From positions 704,001-768,000 of the forward strand of contig CAVXRD010000003.1 in assembly GCA_963764165.1 (NCBI GenBank): a stretch of DNA of 64,000 nt, in the 5' to 3' direction. A program made the translations under genes and the position numbers. The notes below the pieces were generated by a model, which saw only the letters and a list, made by a program, of their open reading frames with translations, ran no database searches and was not told where the DNA came from. Every line of letters starts with the position of its first letter. Position 1 is the first letter of the stretch. Origin of the DNA: an uncultured Verrucomicrobiae bacterium (GTDB lineage Bacteria > Verrucomicrobiota > Verrucomicrobiia > Limisphaerales > Palsa-1400). This document shows positions 10,459 through 22,700 of this stretch, in pieces.

Positions 10459-12384
10459 CTAAACGGGAACTCCGTTTAGGCGCGAGTTGTTGACGGGATC
10501 GAGAGGAGCTTCCTGCAGGAGCTCTTGGAAAGTCTTTTCGTCCAATGTTTCGTGCTTCAGCAATTTGGCGGCGACATGATCCAATTGGCCGCGGTGGGCT
10601 TCCAGGATTTCCTTCGCCGCAACGTAAGCGTCGGCCAAGATCTTCTTAACTTCTTGGTCAATTTCGCGGGCCGTTTGCTCGCTGCAATCCCGTTGGAAGA
10701 CGCCTGGACCAGAACCGTCAAAGGCCGCCTCGCGCCTCGCGCAGTGTGCCAGGCCGATGACATCGCTCATGCCGAACATCGCCACCATTTGGCGCGCCAG
10801 TGCGGTCGCATGTTGGAGATCGTTCTCCGCGCCAGTGCTGACATCGTCAAAAACCAGTTCTTCGGCCGCGCGTCCCCCGAGCAGGCCTTTAAGGCGGTCG
10901 AGCAAGGCGGATTGGTTCATCAGATAACGATCCTGACCCGGCACTTGCATGGTGTAACCCAGGGCCGCGTGTCCGCGCGGGACGATGCTGATCTTGTGGA
11001 CGGGATCGGCATACCGGCTGTGAACGGCAACCAGCGCGTGGCCCACTTCGTGGAAGGCGACGCGGCGTTTTTCCTCGTCACCCAGGCGGCGGCTCTTCCT
11101 CTCCGGCCCCGCCACGACTTTCTCCACCGCCTCCTCCAAATCGTGCTGCGTGATTTGCGTTGCGCGTCGGCGGGCGGCGAGCAAGGCGGCTTCGTTCAAA
11201 AGGTTCGCGAGGTCCGCGCCGGAAAATCCTGGCGTGTGAAGCGCAATCCGGCGCAAATCATCCTCGGCGGCCAGCGCTTTTTCGCGGGCGTGCAATTTCA
11301 AAATGGCGAAACGGCCTTCGACATCAGGCGCATCGACGAGGACTTGCCTGTCAAAACGGCCCGGGCGCAGCAACGCGCGATCCAGCACCTCCGGCCGATT
11401 GGTCGCGGCGAGGACGATGACACCGGCGTTCGGCTCAAAGCCGTCCAAACCGACGAGCAGTTGGTTCAGCGTTTGTTCGCGTTCGTCATTGACCGCGCCC
11501 ATGTGAACCCCACGCTGGCGTCCGACGGCATCCAGCTCATCAATAAAAACGATGCAAGGCGCCTGGGCTTTGGCTTTCTGAAACAAATCACGCACGCGGG
11601 CCGCTCCCACGCCGACGAACATTTCCACGAAATCGCTGCCGCTGATCAAAAAGAACGGCACCTTCGCCTCGCCTGCCACGGCGCGCGCCAGGAGCGTTTT
11701 CCCCGTGCCCGGCGGGCCGATCAGCAAAATGCCTTTGGGAATGGTCGCGCCCAAAGCCTTGTAGCGGAGGGGATCTTTCAAAAAGGCGACCACTTCCTGC
11801 AATTCAAATTTCGCCTCATCGCAGCCGGCCACATCATCAAAAGTGACGGATGAACTGCTTTCGGCGACCAAACGAGCCTTGCTGGCGCCAAAAGCCATCA
11901 ACCCTTGTCCCAGATTGCCGACTTTCCGCGCGAGCAATCGCCAGACAAAAACCGCCGCCGCAATCGGTATGAGCCAGGCCCAGATCAATTGCGACATCGT
12001 GCCGGTTTGTACTCCCGTATAAACCACTCCGGAAGCCTGCATATCCTTCACCAAATCCGGATCGTCCACTCGAACGGTGCGAAAGAAAGTCGGGTGCGGT
12101 TTTGAAGTGGATTCCGATAATTCGGCCGTGCTTGTTTTGCCGGTGATGTCATTCGGATACACGGTCACATCGCTCAGTTTTTTCTCAGTTAGGAGCGTTT
12201 TGAACTGGCTGTAGGGAATGGTGTGCGTATTCAGCTGATGGGCCGCTTCCTGCCAAAGCCAGAGCGTTCCCGCCATGAACAGCAGGTAAAAAATGAGGGA
12301 AGTTTTCAACTGCGGCGGCCAGATTCCAGGATGCTCGCCGCCGGGAGAATTCGGATCCTGCGGAATTTGTTTAAGATTTGCCAT
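10459..12384 (-). CDS. ftsH: ATP-dependent zinc metalloprotease FtsH
   Basis: Two TM helices, [48 protein letters not shown]. Confidence 0.97.
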   Translation of the reverse strand: MANLKQIPQDPNSPGGEHPGIWPPQLKTSLIFYLLFMAGTLWLWQEAAHQLNTHTIPYSQFKTLLTEKKLSDVTVYPNDITGKTSTAELSESTSKPHPTFFRTVRVDDPDLVKDMQASGVVYTGVQTGTMSQLIWAWLIPIAAAVFVWRLLARKVGNLGQGLMAFGASKARLVAESSSSVTFDDVAGCDEAKFELQEVVAFLKDPLRYKALGATIPKGILLIGPPGTGKTLLARAVAGEAKVPFFLISGSDFVEMFVGVGAARVRDLFQKAKAQAPCIVFIDELDAVGRQRGVHMGAVNDEREQTLNQLLVGLDGFEPNAGVIVLAATNRPEVLDRALLRPGRFDRQVLVDAPDVEGRFAILKLHAREKALAAEDDLRRIALHTPGFSGADLANLLNEAALLAARRRATQITQHDLEEAVEKVVAGPERKSRRLGDEEKRRVAFHEVGHALVAVHSRYADPVHKISIVPRGHAALGYTMQVPGQDRYLMNQSALLDRLKGLLGGRAAEELVFDDVSTGAENDLQHATALARQMVAMFGMSDVIGLAHCARREAAFDGSGPGVFQRDCSEQTAREIDQEVKKILADAYVAAKEILEAHRGQLDHVAAKLLKHETLDEKTFQELLQEAPLDPVNNSRLNGVPV

Positions 12385-13075
12385 GCCATTGGACGCCGTA
12401 GCGCTCCGAGTAAACAGTTTCGCTCAATGCCAGGCGCCCGCCGTAGTTCTTGTCCGGTTCCCGGGCAAAGCCCACTGCGAGCAGCGCAACGACTTCCGAG
12501 CCATCCGGCAACCCGAGCGTCTTCTTGACAGCAGCGGGATCAAATCCTTCCATCGGCGCGGTGTCCAAGCCGTAGGCTTCCGCGGCCAGCATTAATGTGG
12601 TGAAAGCGATCATGGTGTGGCGGTTCATCCAGACTTTGGGATCCATCGTGCCGATGAACTGGAGCGCGCCCTGTTTCGTTTTTTCCGCGGCCTCGGCCTT
12701 GAGCACATTGCGCTTCACACTTTCGTTGAAAACCGCATCCACGCTCGCTTTCCAGTCTTCGGGATTTGAGAACGCCACGATCATCACGGGCGCTTCGCCG
12801 ACCTTCGGCTGGTTATAGGCGGCTTTTTGAAGGTTTTGCCGGTTCGCGGCGTCTTGAATCACCACAAACCGCCACGGCTGAATATTGTAGCCGGACGGGG
12901 CCTGCGTCGCGAGGCTGAGGATGGCGTCCAGATATTCGGCCGGAACAGGATCGGGAAGAAAATGCTGGGTGGCCCGCCGTTCCAGCAAAACCTGAGCTAT
13001 CGGTTTGAGCGCCGATCCTTTAACCTGCGTCGCCGGAAGGATCGACGGCTTGTCAACAAATGTGAATTCTCGCAT
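12371..13075 (-). CDS. Nitroreductase family protein
   Basis: ERRATQHF, APSGYNIQPWRF, GLDTAPMEGFD. Confidence 0.93.
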   Translation of the reverse strand: MREFTFVDKPSILPATQVKGSALKPIAQVLLERRATQHFLPDPVPAEYLDAILSLATQAPSGYNIQPWRFVVIQDAANRQNLQKAAYNQPKVGEAPVMIVAFSNPEDWKASVDAVFNESVKRNVLKAEAAEKTKQGALQFIGTMDPKVWMNRHTMIAFTTLMLAAEAYGLDTAPMEGFDPAAVKKTLGLPDGSEVVALLAVGFAREPDKNYGGRLALSETVYSERYGVQWHGKS

Positions 13076-13093
13076 ACACTGCTCCGTTCCTTT

Positions 13094-13109
13094 AGCGCGT
13101 GGCGTGCCA
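13094..13109 (-). promoter_or_regulatory. Candidate sigma-54 (-24/-12) promoter for the nitroreductase-ftsH operon
   Basis: Minus strand TGGCACGCCACGCGCT (GG-N10-GC) about 20 bp before the ATG; the implied UTR is very short. Confidence 0.35.
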
Positions 13110-13252
13110 CCATTTTTGAAAGCGGTTCAGTCACGAGCGGGCTTTGGATCAAGGGTCGCCGGAGGGCATTTTGCAATGCTTGCTTCCGGCCGCTTGCAGA
13201 TTGCACCTGCATGGGATGAATAGGAGGAATGGGAAGAATGCGAATCCTGTTC

Positions 13253-15073
13253 TCAGGATTCGGCTTCGGACAGCCGTTCGTCCAACGCCCAGGCGGCGCT
13301 GATTAAGGCGATATGCGTCAGCGCTTGCGGAAAATTTCCAAGATGTTCCCCGCAGGGGCCGAGTTGCTCGGCATAAAGTCCCAGATGGTTGGCGTAGCCC
13401 AGTGCTTTTTCGAAAATGAACCGCGCTTTTTTCAAGTCGTTGGCGCGCGCGAGGCACTCCACATACCAAAACGAGCACATCGAAAATGTGCCTTCCTGCC
13501 CGGACATTCCATCGGGCGCCGCCTTCGACGGGAGATATCGGTAAACGAGCGAATCCTCGATCAAACGCTCCTGAATCGCCTCCAGGGTGGTTTTCCAGCG
13601 CGGATCGGTGGGGCTGATGGCCTTCACCAGCGGCATGAGCAGCGCCGCCGCGTCGACGGTATCCGCGCCGCGGTATTGGACAAACGACTTCAATTTCGGA
13701 TTCCAGAATTGTTGGTAGATGCTTTGGTAGATTTCATCGCGAATGCGGTGCCACTTCACCAAAGGCGCGGGGAACGAACGGTCGCGCGCGATATTCATGG
13801 CTCGGTCCACCGCCACCCAGCAAAGCACGCGCGAATACAAAAACGGGCGCGCGCCGCCGCGGACTTCCCATATGCCTTCGTCCGGCTTTCGCCAATTCTT
13901 GCAGACCCACTCGACCAGCCCGGTCAGGTTCATCCAGAAATCATACGATATGGGCTCGACGTGCCTGTCGTATATAAAGACGGCATCCATCAGCTCCCCG
14001 TAAATGTCCAATTGAAGCTGGTCGAGCGCGCCGTTGCCGATGCGCACCGGCGACGATTTCTTGTAGCCTTCAAAATGCTTGAGCGTCGTTTCCGGCAGGT
14101 CGCGGCTGCCATCGATGCGGTACATGGCCTGCATTGGGTGGCCGGGTTTGGTTTCCCGGCAGCGCATTTCCACCCATTGCATGAAGGCCCGGGCCTCATC
14201 CTGATAACCGAGCCGCATCAGCGCGTATAACGTGAACGATGCGTCGCGGATCCAAGTGTAGCGGTAATCCCAATTGCGCGCGCCGCCAAGGCGCTCCGGC
14301 AAGCCAAACGTTGGCGCCGCGACGATGGAGCCGTGCGGCTTGGATGTCAGCAGTTTGAGCGTGAGCGCCGAACGGTTTACCATCTCGCGCCAGCGGCCGC
14401 GATAATTGGAGCGCGCCACCCACGCCAGCCAAAAGTTCATCGTCTCCTTGAAGGAATCCGTCACATAATCCGCGCTGGCCGAGGGCGATTCCCTCCCCTC
14501 CTCCGCCATCTCCAGAATGAAGGCCTTGGACTCGCCCGGCTTCAAGGCAAATTCGCAAGAGATTTCGCCATTTTCCTCTCGCATGGTTCCGTCGCAACGG
14601 AGGCGAAGCGTGGGAAGATTTTTCCCCGCCGGGACGAAAAGCGCTTCGCCTTTCTTTTTTTCGACCTGGTGTTGTGCGCGGCCGTAATCGAATTTCGGCG
14701 CGCACACCATGCGGAAACGAACTTCGCCGCGGATCACCTTGACGCGCCGGATCAGATTATGGCTGTGGCCGAGATGCTCGATTGCCATGAAATCGGAGAT
14801 TTCCGCCACGCCTCCATCGCCGAGAAAACGCGTCAACAATATGTTCGTGTCGGGGAAATAGCGCTGGCGCGTGCGGAATTCCCCGCCAATGGGGCAAATA
14901 TGAAAACTTCCGCCGCGCTTGTGATCAACCAGCGCGGCGAAAATGGTGGGAGAATCGAAGCGCGGGAAGCACATGAAGTCAATGGCCCCCTGCATGCTGA
15001 CCAGCGCGGCGGTATTGAGATCCCCAATAACGCCGTAATTTTCTATCGGCTGGTAGTCCCCTGCTGAATTCAT
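13253..15073 (-). CDS. Glycoside hydrolase family 15 (trehalase/glucoamylase-like)
   Basis: RNWDYRYTWIRDA, QLDIYGE, PDEGIWEVR, LGNFPQALTH. Confidence 0.95.
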   Translation of the reverse strand: MNSAGDYQPIENYGVIGDLNTAALVSMQGAIDFMCFPRFDSPTIFAALVDHKRGGSFHICPIGGEFRTRQRYFPDTNILLTRFLGDGGVAEISDFMAIEHLGHSHNLIRRVKVIRGEVRFRMVCAPKFDYGRAQHQVEKKKGEALFVPAGKNLPTLRLRCDGTMREENGEISCEFALKPGESKAFILEMAEEGRESPSASADYVTDSFKETMNFWLAWVARSNYRGRWREMVNRSALTLKLLTSKPHGSIVAAPTFGLPERLGGARNWDYRYTWIRDASFTLYALMRLGYQDEARAFMQWVEMRCRETKPGHPMQAMYRIDGSRDLPETTLKHFEGYKKSSPVRIGNGALDQLQLDIYGELMDAVFIYDRHVEPISYDFWMNLTGLVEWVCKNWRKPDEGIWEVRGGARPFLYSRVLCWVAVDRAMNIARDRSFPAPLVKWHRIRDEIYQSIYQQFWNPKLKSFVQYRGADTVDAAALLMPLVKAISPTDPRWKTTLEAIQERLIEDSLVYRYLPSKAAPDGMSGQEGTFSMCSFWYVECLARANDLKKARFIFEKALGYANHLGLYAEQLGPCGEHLGNFPQALTHIALISAAWALDERLSEAES

Positions 15074-15076
15074 TTG

Positions 15077-16741
15077 TTATCCAACAACCTCCTGCTGGCG
15101 ATCATCTTCAAAGAGCGGGATCTCGTCGGTTTCGGCGATCTTGCCATAGTCCAATTTGACCAGCCGATCCGCCATGTAGAAATAACGGTCGTCATGCGTG
15201 ATCACCAGCACCGTCTTGCCGCGAGCCTTCAGGTCGGGCAGCAATTTCGTGTAGAACACTTTCTTGAAAATCGGATCCTGGTCGGAGGCCCACTCGTCAA
15301 ACAGGTAGAACGGGCGGTCCTCCAGATAAGCCGTGAGCAACGCCAGGCGTTTGCGCTGGCCGGTGGAGACCGACGTCGTGGAAAGCTTGCCGTTAGTCAC
15401 GCGAATCTTGTGCTTGAGGTGCAGTTGCTCGAGATAACCGCCTGCCCGCGCGTCAATGTCTTTGTCATCGATGCCAAGCAGGTTATCGAAGACAAAGAAG
15501 TCCGAAAACACCGCCGAGAACAACTGGCGGTAAGAGTCACGCGTTTTGTTGGTGACGGCTTTTCCGTCCAGACGAATTTCGCCCCCTTCCGGCAGGTAAA
15601 GGCCGGTGATGATTTTGGCGAGGGTGGATTTTCCGCTGCCGTTGCCACCCACCAGGAACACCAATTCGCCGCGGTTGAAGGCCAGGTCAATCGGCCCCAG
15701 GGTAAAGCTCGTGTCCTCCATTTCGCGATGATAGGTGTGGCTCACATTGCACAGCTCGATGCGCTCAAAGGATTGCTCATTCGCCGGCTTGTCGACTGGG
15801 CATTCTTCAGTGGAGCGCTCAGAAAGGGAAACGCCCAATTCCTGCACCTTTTGCAGTGCCACTTTGGCGCGGCCAAACAGCGAGATGCTGCTCAAGACCG
15901 CCGCCAGCGGCCCCATCATAAACAGCGTCGTCACGACATATCCCGTCATCGTCGCAGTGCTGATGGTCGACATATGAGGCGCCATAAACAAAATCAGCCC
16001 TATCAAGGCGAAGTAAAGCAGGTGGCTCCAGCTCTGCGCCGCCGCGAAGCGAACTTCCGCCGCGACATTGTGCTTTTGAAACGACGTGGTCACATTCTCG
16101 ACGTTGCGGGTCAGAAAGGCGCCCCGGCGGTCGCGGTGCAGTTTCAATTCCTTGATGCCATCGGTGAGCGCGCGGAAGTAGCCGAACAAACGGTCTTCAT
16201 CTTCCCGCGCTGCGCGGCAGTAGCGCAACGCGCTGGATACCACGACGAGATACCCCCCGGCGCCCAGCGCGATGACAACCATGATCGATGCCAGCATTTG
16301 CCACGACAGCCATCCAAGGTATATCGCGCCGCCCGCCAGGATGGCGATGTTTACCGATAAGATCGGCACCGCGAGCAAGGCCTGGGTGATGTTTAGAACG
16401 TCATCGGTCAATGCCGCCAGAATGCGGTGCGTGCCGAGATTCTCCAAATCGCGCAGCGGCACGGCAAGAATTTTTTTCACCAGGTCACGCCGCAATTCGG
16501 CGACGGCGCGCTGCGAGAATCCAGCCAGCACGGCTTGCGACAGGAACAGCGAGACAACTTTGCCAATGCCCAATCCGACGAAAGCCCAAATCAGCCCCCT
16601 GCTCGCAGAACCCGCATTGTTCATGGCCTTCGTAATCAGGGCCATCAGGCCGGCGTTGCAAACGCCGCTCAAGGCCGCCATCCCGATGGTAGCGAAGACA
16701 AGCCCGCGACAAGTGCGGAGGATGAATTTTAATAGCGTCAT
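15077..16741 (-). CDS. Cyclic-peptide export ABC transporter (SyrD/PvdE/YojI family)
   Basis: TM domain plus GGNGSGKST, STGQRKRLAL, LFDEWASDQDP, DGIKELKL; ATGA overlap with the NRPS stop. Confidence 0.95.
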   Translation of the reverse strand: MTLLKFILRTCRGLVFATIGMAALSGVCNAGLMALITKAMNNAGSASRGLIWAFVGLGIGKVVSLFLSQAVLAGFSQRAVAELRRDLVKKILAVPLRDLENLGTHRILAALTDDVLNITQALLAVPILSVNIAILAGGAIYLGWLSWQMLASIMVVIALGAGGYLVVVSSALRYCRAAREDEDRLFGYFRALTDGIKELKLHRDRRGAFLTRNVENVTTSFQKHNVAAEVRFAAAQSWSHLLYFALIGLILFMAPHMSTISTATMTGYVVTTLFMMGPLAAVLSSISLFGRAKVALQKVQELGVSLSERSTEECPVDKPANEQSFERIELCNVSHTYHREMEDTSFTLGPIDLAFNRGELVFLVGGNGSGKSTLAKIITGLYLPEGGEIRLDGKAVTNKTRDSYRQLFSAVFSDFFVFDNLLGIDDKDIDARAGGYLEQLHLKHKIRVTNGKLSTTSVSTGQRKRLALLTAYLEDRPFYLFDEWASDQDPIFKKVFYTKLLPDLKARGKTVLVITHDDRYFYMADRLVKLDYGKIAETDEIPLFEDDRQQEVVG

Positions 16742-19700
16742 GTTGATAATAATGCCGGCTGGTTTTCTGCGGTGGTGGTTTTTTGAGTTTCCTTAAGGGC
16801 TGCCGTCAAATCCGCGGCCAGGGTCTTGACGTTGGGCTCCATAAAGATGTTTTCGTGCGAACCAGGAATGAGTCTGACACTGACTTCTCCCGTGGTGAGC
16901 TTGCCCCAGCTCAAATCATGCGCAAACGAGCAGAGCATCGGATGCCCGCGCGTGCGGAACAGCGCAAGATTCCCCGTGCAGGGCTGCTGCACGTGGCGGT
17001 GAAGGGCTTGCAAATGCTTTCGCCAGAGCTTGAGTTCGTTTTCCGGGAAAAGCGCCGGGTCGATGATTTCCTCCAGGTCGACCGGGGCCTCGCCCTGCTT
17101 TCTCTTGATCCGCTTGGCTATTTTGCGGCCAATCGAGCGAATCTTTCTCCCGACAAAACGCCAGCGGTCGCGGGCCGGAACCTGCTTGAAATCTTCCAGC
17201 CAGTAATAGGTGTTGCGGGCGAACAGGAAGAAGAATTGCGGCTTCCACCATTCCACGGATTCGTAACCGACATTGACCGGCGCGGCATCCAGCAGGGCCA
17301 TCAGCGCAACCTGCGCGCCTTCGGCTTGGAGCTGGCGACCCATCTCGTAGGCCACGTTGCCGCCGAAACAATAGCCTCCGATGTAATACGGCCCCTCCGG
17401 CTGCTGGGCGCGAATGGCCTGCACGTAATACGCGGCCATCTCTTCGATGGTGTCGAATTCCTCCAGGCCAATTTGCCCGCGGGAACGCAGCGCAAAGATC
17501 GGCTGGTCGCGATCCATATGCACCAGCAAATTGGCGTAGCCCCATAGCACATCGCCGCCCGCGCCGTGGACCAGGAACAGCGGCGGCTTGCTGCCATTGG
17601 GCTGAATGGGAATGACCACTGAGTGCGATACGGCGGATTTTGCCTTGGAAAGAACCGCCGCCAATTGGCCGATCGTCGGCGCCTGAAACAAAGTGACAAG
17701 CGGCAGCTTCTGGCCGGTCATCTTTTCGACTTGGGCGAACAGTCGAACCGCGAGAAGCGAATGCCCGCCGAGTTCAAAGAAATCGTCCGCGGTCCCGACG
17801 CGCTCGACGCGCAGGAGCTTCTGCCACAACTCGCAAAGCTCGCGCTCAATTTGCGACTGCGGCGCAACGTAACGGCCGCCCGCCCCCGGACGCAACGCCA
17901 GGCGCGCTTCGATTTTTTGGTGAATTTTCGCGGCGTCGTTCAGTTCGGCGGCAATGGCGCGGCACTTGGTGAATTTCTTCACCGCGCCCGGCGCCGGAGT
18001 GGATTTGCCTTCGGTTGACGCCGGAGCAACGGGCGATTCGCTGCGCGGGGTAAATTCGACTTTGGCCGCAAATTCCGGCGGGAATTGATATTGGCCGCCT
18101 TGCTGGAATTGCGTCCCGATGCTCTCCAGAAAATCCAGCGCGGGCTTGTTCCGCGGCAGCCGCTCGAACGGGACATTCACCCATTTGGAATGGTGCTGCG
18201 CCGCCGCTTTGCCGAGGGCCTGAAGCATGCGATGCTCCACGCCGCGGCCCAGCGCGCGGCAACTCAGGAGGAATGAATCCACCACCAGCGCCTGGCCGCT
18301 AAAACTAAAAATCATCGCTCCGACCAGGCCGTAATCGCCGAAGCGATCCTTCACGGAAACGGTCCAGATTTCGGAGACTCCCGCCAACTGCTTCACTTCG
18401 CTCTCGGTGCGCCGCTTGCCGTTGACGTTGAATTGATTGGTGCGCTGCGTCAATTGTGACACGCGCGCAAGCTGCGCGGGCGCGGCCGGCGCAATGTCCA
18501 CCTGCAATTCCAGCTTGGCTATGAAATCCGCGAAGTTCGTCGATTGCGACTGCAGCTGCTCGCGCAATTGATTTTGCTGATACATCGCGGCGCGGCCCTT
18601 GTCCTCCGCCGTCGTCTTAAGCTGATCGAACGCCCAGCAGTGATCGAGAAATTGCGGGATGGCTGAAACATCTTCGGGCAACTGCAGAGCGAGAACTTCC
18701 GGGCTGTTGCCTTCCACTTCCGCGCATTCGACGGGGTTGTCGTCGATCAGCACAAAGCTATCGAGCCCAAGTTTCAATTCCTGCGCAATGGATTTGATGT
18801 TTTCTGATTTCGATTTCCAATTCACCCGCCACGCGGAAATGTGCTCGCGCAAAATCGGCATGGCGGGCCCTTTTGCGAACACCGCTTCCACGTCCGCTTC
18901 ATCGTTCTTGCTGCAAATCACGAGCAATTTGCCCGCCTCGCGCTGGCGCAGGACAAAATTTTGCAGGGCCACGCGCCCGGCTTCCAAACGAATCCCATTC
19001 GGTCCATCTTCGCCGCAAACGCCCGACCAGAGCGTATTGTCGCAATCCAGCGCGATGACTTTGCACGGAGGACGGCGCAGGGCATGAAATTTCCGGGCCA
19101 GCATGGTGGCCAGCGAGGTAAAGAACAGGGGCGTGTAGGGAATCCGGCCGAGCTCGTCGCCCGCGGGATCATCATAATCCGCCACCGGATACTTCTGTGA
19201 AAGCTCGGCGCTTGTCACGACATGGACGCCGTCAATCCCATGGAGCGTCACGGTGAGCGCCGTTTCTAGATCCTTCAGGGCTTCAGCCTTGGCTGGCTCC
19301 GCCAGCGCCATGCGCGAAGGCGGGCAGAAACAGACCAGCATCGACGCGCCGCCGCGGGCGGCTGCGCTTTGCACCGCGCTGACAAACTCGTCGGCGTGAT
19401 GTTTGATGGCTTGCCCAAATGTCAGCGCGCCGGACGCCCCTGTGTTTGACTCCCAATCATTCAAGCGAATCAGCAAAACATTCAGGCCATTGCGATTGGT
19501 GGCGAGATCGCTTTGGGAATCCAGCAATTGCTGGAAGACCTGATCGTAGGGCGCAAACTTGATCCGGGCGGAAATTTCCAATTCATCCAGCCAGAAGCGC
19601 AGCGGCTCCTCAATCGGCTCTGCCGTGAACGTTCCGCAAATCGCGATGGTTTCGGGCTGCGCGCGCTTGGGGGCTTTCAGTTCCACATCGGCAATCACCG

Positions 19701-22700
19701 TCCGCGGCGCTTCCGCCAGCATTTGCAAAACGGATTGGAAGGAGGCCAGCAATTGCTCAATCGATTTTTGATGGAACAAGCCCGCCTTGTATTCGCACGT
19801 CAGAGCAAGGCCGGCCGGCATTTCGTTGGCTTCAAAGCGGAGGTCGAGCAGCGCGGCTTCGGTGTTGACAACAATGGGAGCGCTCGTGATTCCCTCGCCG
19901 AATTGCGGCAGGTCCGGCGTGTTTTGGTAGAGCAGCGCCACATTGTAAAGCGGATTGCAGCCCGGGCGGCGCTCCACTTTGGCTGATTCCACTATTTTCT
20001 CGAACGGACAATCCTGATGCGATTGGCTTTCGATAATCTCCGCCTTCACCGCCCGCAGCGTTTCGAAGCCCGCCGCCGCGCCGGAAATTTTGAAGCGCAA
20101 TGGCAGGAAGTTCATGAAACAGCCAATGAGACCCTCAATCTCGCGGCGATTGCGGCCAGCCACCACGGTGCCGAGAACCATGTCCGTTTGGCCCGTCCAT
20201 TTGTGCAGGGTAATCGCCAGGGCGGCCATCAGCACCATGAACGGTGTTCCGCCTTCGCGCTGGCTCAATTTCACAATTTCCGCGCTCAACGCCTGCGGCA
20301 GCTCCACCGCAATCCGGCCGACCTTGGCTTCGGTCTGTTCCGCATTATCCGAGTCGGTGGGAAGTTCGACTGCGACAGGCGCGCCCGCCAATTTCTGCCG
20401 CCAATACGCCAGCTCCCTTTGCTCGGTGGCGCCTTGCAGCCAGCGGCGCTGCCATTGGGCGAAGTCCGCGTATTGCACGGGCAGCGGCGCAAAGTTGGGC
20501 GCGCTATTTCCCGAAACGATGGCGCGGTAGCTCGTTTCCAGCTCCCGGAAAAATACGTCCAGCGACCAGCCATCCGACACCGCGTGGTGCATCACAATGA
20601 GCAAAGCGTGATCGGTCGCGCTCATGCGGGCCAGCCTGGCGCGGATCAACGGGCCCCGCTCAAGATCAAATGAGCGATGCGCTTCGGCTTGCAAAACTCC
20701 GGCCAATTTCGATTCGTCGGCACCCGGAATCTCCGTCACCCACACTTGCACGCTCAATGACGGCGCAATTTTCTCCGACAGAACCCCATCAACAAAATGG
20801 AGGGTCGTGCGAAGCGCTTCGTGGCGGTCAATAATCAAATCGAGGGATTTCTGAAGGGCGGCCACATCGAGCGCGCACTTGATGCGGATCGCGGTCGGAA
20901 CGTTGTAAGCGTCGCTCTTCGGCTCAAGCTGGTTCAAAAACCACAGTTGATCCTGCATGAAGGAAGCGGGCAAGACGCCTTCGCGCGAAATCGGCTCCAG
21001 CGCTGGAACCGGCGCATTCGAATGATTCCAGCGCCCCGAATCCACTCCCGCCGCCAGGGCCTCGACCGTCGGCGCATCAAACAAGCAGGACAGCGGCAAT
21101 TCGATGCCGAGGCTTTCGCGCAGGCGCGAGATGACCTGTATGGCGGTCAGCGAATGGCCGCCTAATTCAAAGAAATGATCCGTCGCACCGATATCCTTGA
21201 TCCCCAATACTTCGCTCCAGGCTGCGGCAACCTTCTTTTCGGCATCCGTGCGCGGCGCGATCAATCCCGTGCGGGCTTCGCTCTGCCCAGCCTGCGGGGC
21301 AGGCAGCGCGCGGCGATCCACCTTGCCATTCGGCGTCAGCGGCAATTTTGGCAGGAACACGAATTGCGCGGGGGTCATGAACTCGGGCAAACGCTCCCGC
21401 GTGCAGCGGCGCAAATCATCGACCGAGGCCGTTTTCCCCGCGTTGAACACGACATAGGCCGCCAGATATTTTTCGCCGGGCCGGTCTTCACGCGCGATGA
21501 CCACCACTTCCGCCACCGCCGGATTGGCCTTGAGAGCGATTTCGATTTCGCCCAATTCAATGCGGAAACCGCGAATTTTGACTTGATGGTCGGAGCGGCC
21601 GAGATACGTCAGATTCCCGTCTTCGCGCCAGCGGGCGACGTCACCAGTTTTGTAGATGCGCGAACCCTGCTTGTAAGGGTGCGGCAGAAAACGCTCGGCG
21701 GTGAGGTCGGGGCGGTTCAAATAACCGCGCGCCACTTTATCACCGCCGATATAAAGATCGCCCGTCATGCCCACCGGCAGGGGCTGCATTTGTTTGTCAA
21801 GAATATAGACTTGCTCGTTGGCCAGCGGACGGCCGATGGTCGCCGGTTCGCCTGTTTTGCGCAGGGCGCCCGTCGAATAGGTGGTCGTTTCGGTCGGGCC
21901 GTAAAGATCGTAAACCTTCTTCGCTGACGTCTTGGAATAAATTTGCTCCACCAGCGCGGTGGCCAGCGGCTCGCCCGCAAGATTGACAACTTTGACTGAA
22001 CTGGGCACGCCGTTGATGCGGAGCAATTCGCGCATGGCCGATGGCACGGTGTTGACCAGAGTGACTTCCGAAGCGGCAGGCAGGCCCGGCAGAGCAAGCG
22101 CGTTGTCGGCCAGGATAATTTTTCCGCCCCAGCAGAGCGGAACGAACATTTCGTAAACGGAAAGATCAAAACACATCGAGGTCGACGCGAGCATTCCCGC
22201 GTACTCCTCGGGCAGAAACGCATCCTTCGCCCAGCAGACCATGGCCACGGCGTTGCGATTTTCCAGGGCGACGCCTTTCGGCTGTCCGGTCGAGCCGGAG
22301 GTGTAGAGCACGTAAGCCAAATCGTTTGGCCCGGCTTGATTCAAAGGAGCTGTCTTGTCGGAGATTGGCTGGATGTTCTCGACGAGCAGCACCTGGGTTT
22401 TCGAGGCGGGAATCAATTCGCGGAAACGCTCGCGTGTCAGCAACACGCGCAATCCAGCATCCTGCGCGATGGCCGCCAGGCGCGCCTTCGGATAAGTGGG
22501 ATCCAGAGGGACATAAGCTCCGCCCGCTTGAAGTGTTCCGAGAATCCCGGCCACCATATCCTCGGAGCGCTCGAGGCAGATGCCCACCAAAGATTGGTTG
22601 CCCACCCCTAAAGCTTGCAAACTCTTCGCAATGGTTGCGGCGCGCTCGTAAAGCTCGCGATACGTGAATCGCTTTGTCCCCACCACGAGCGCCTCCGCAG

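Noticed and set aside
13149..13245. Weak hairpin and purine-rich stretch after GH15
   Set aside because: Imperfect stem with no U-tract; not enough to call a terminator or ncRNA
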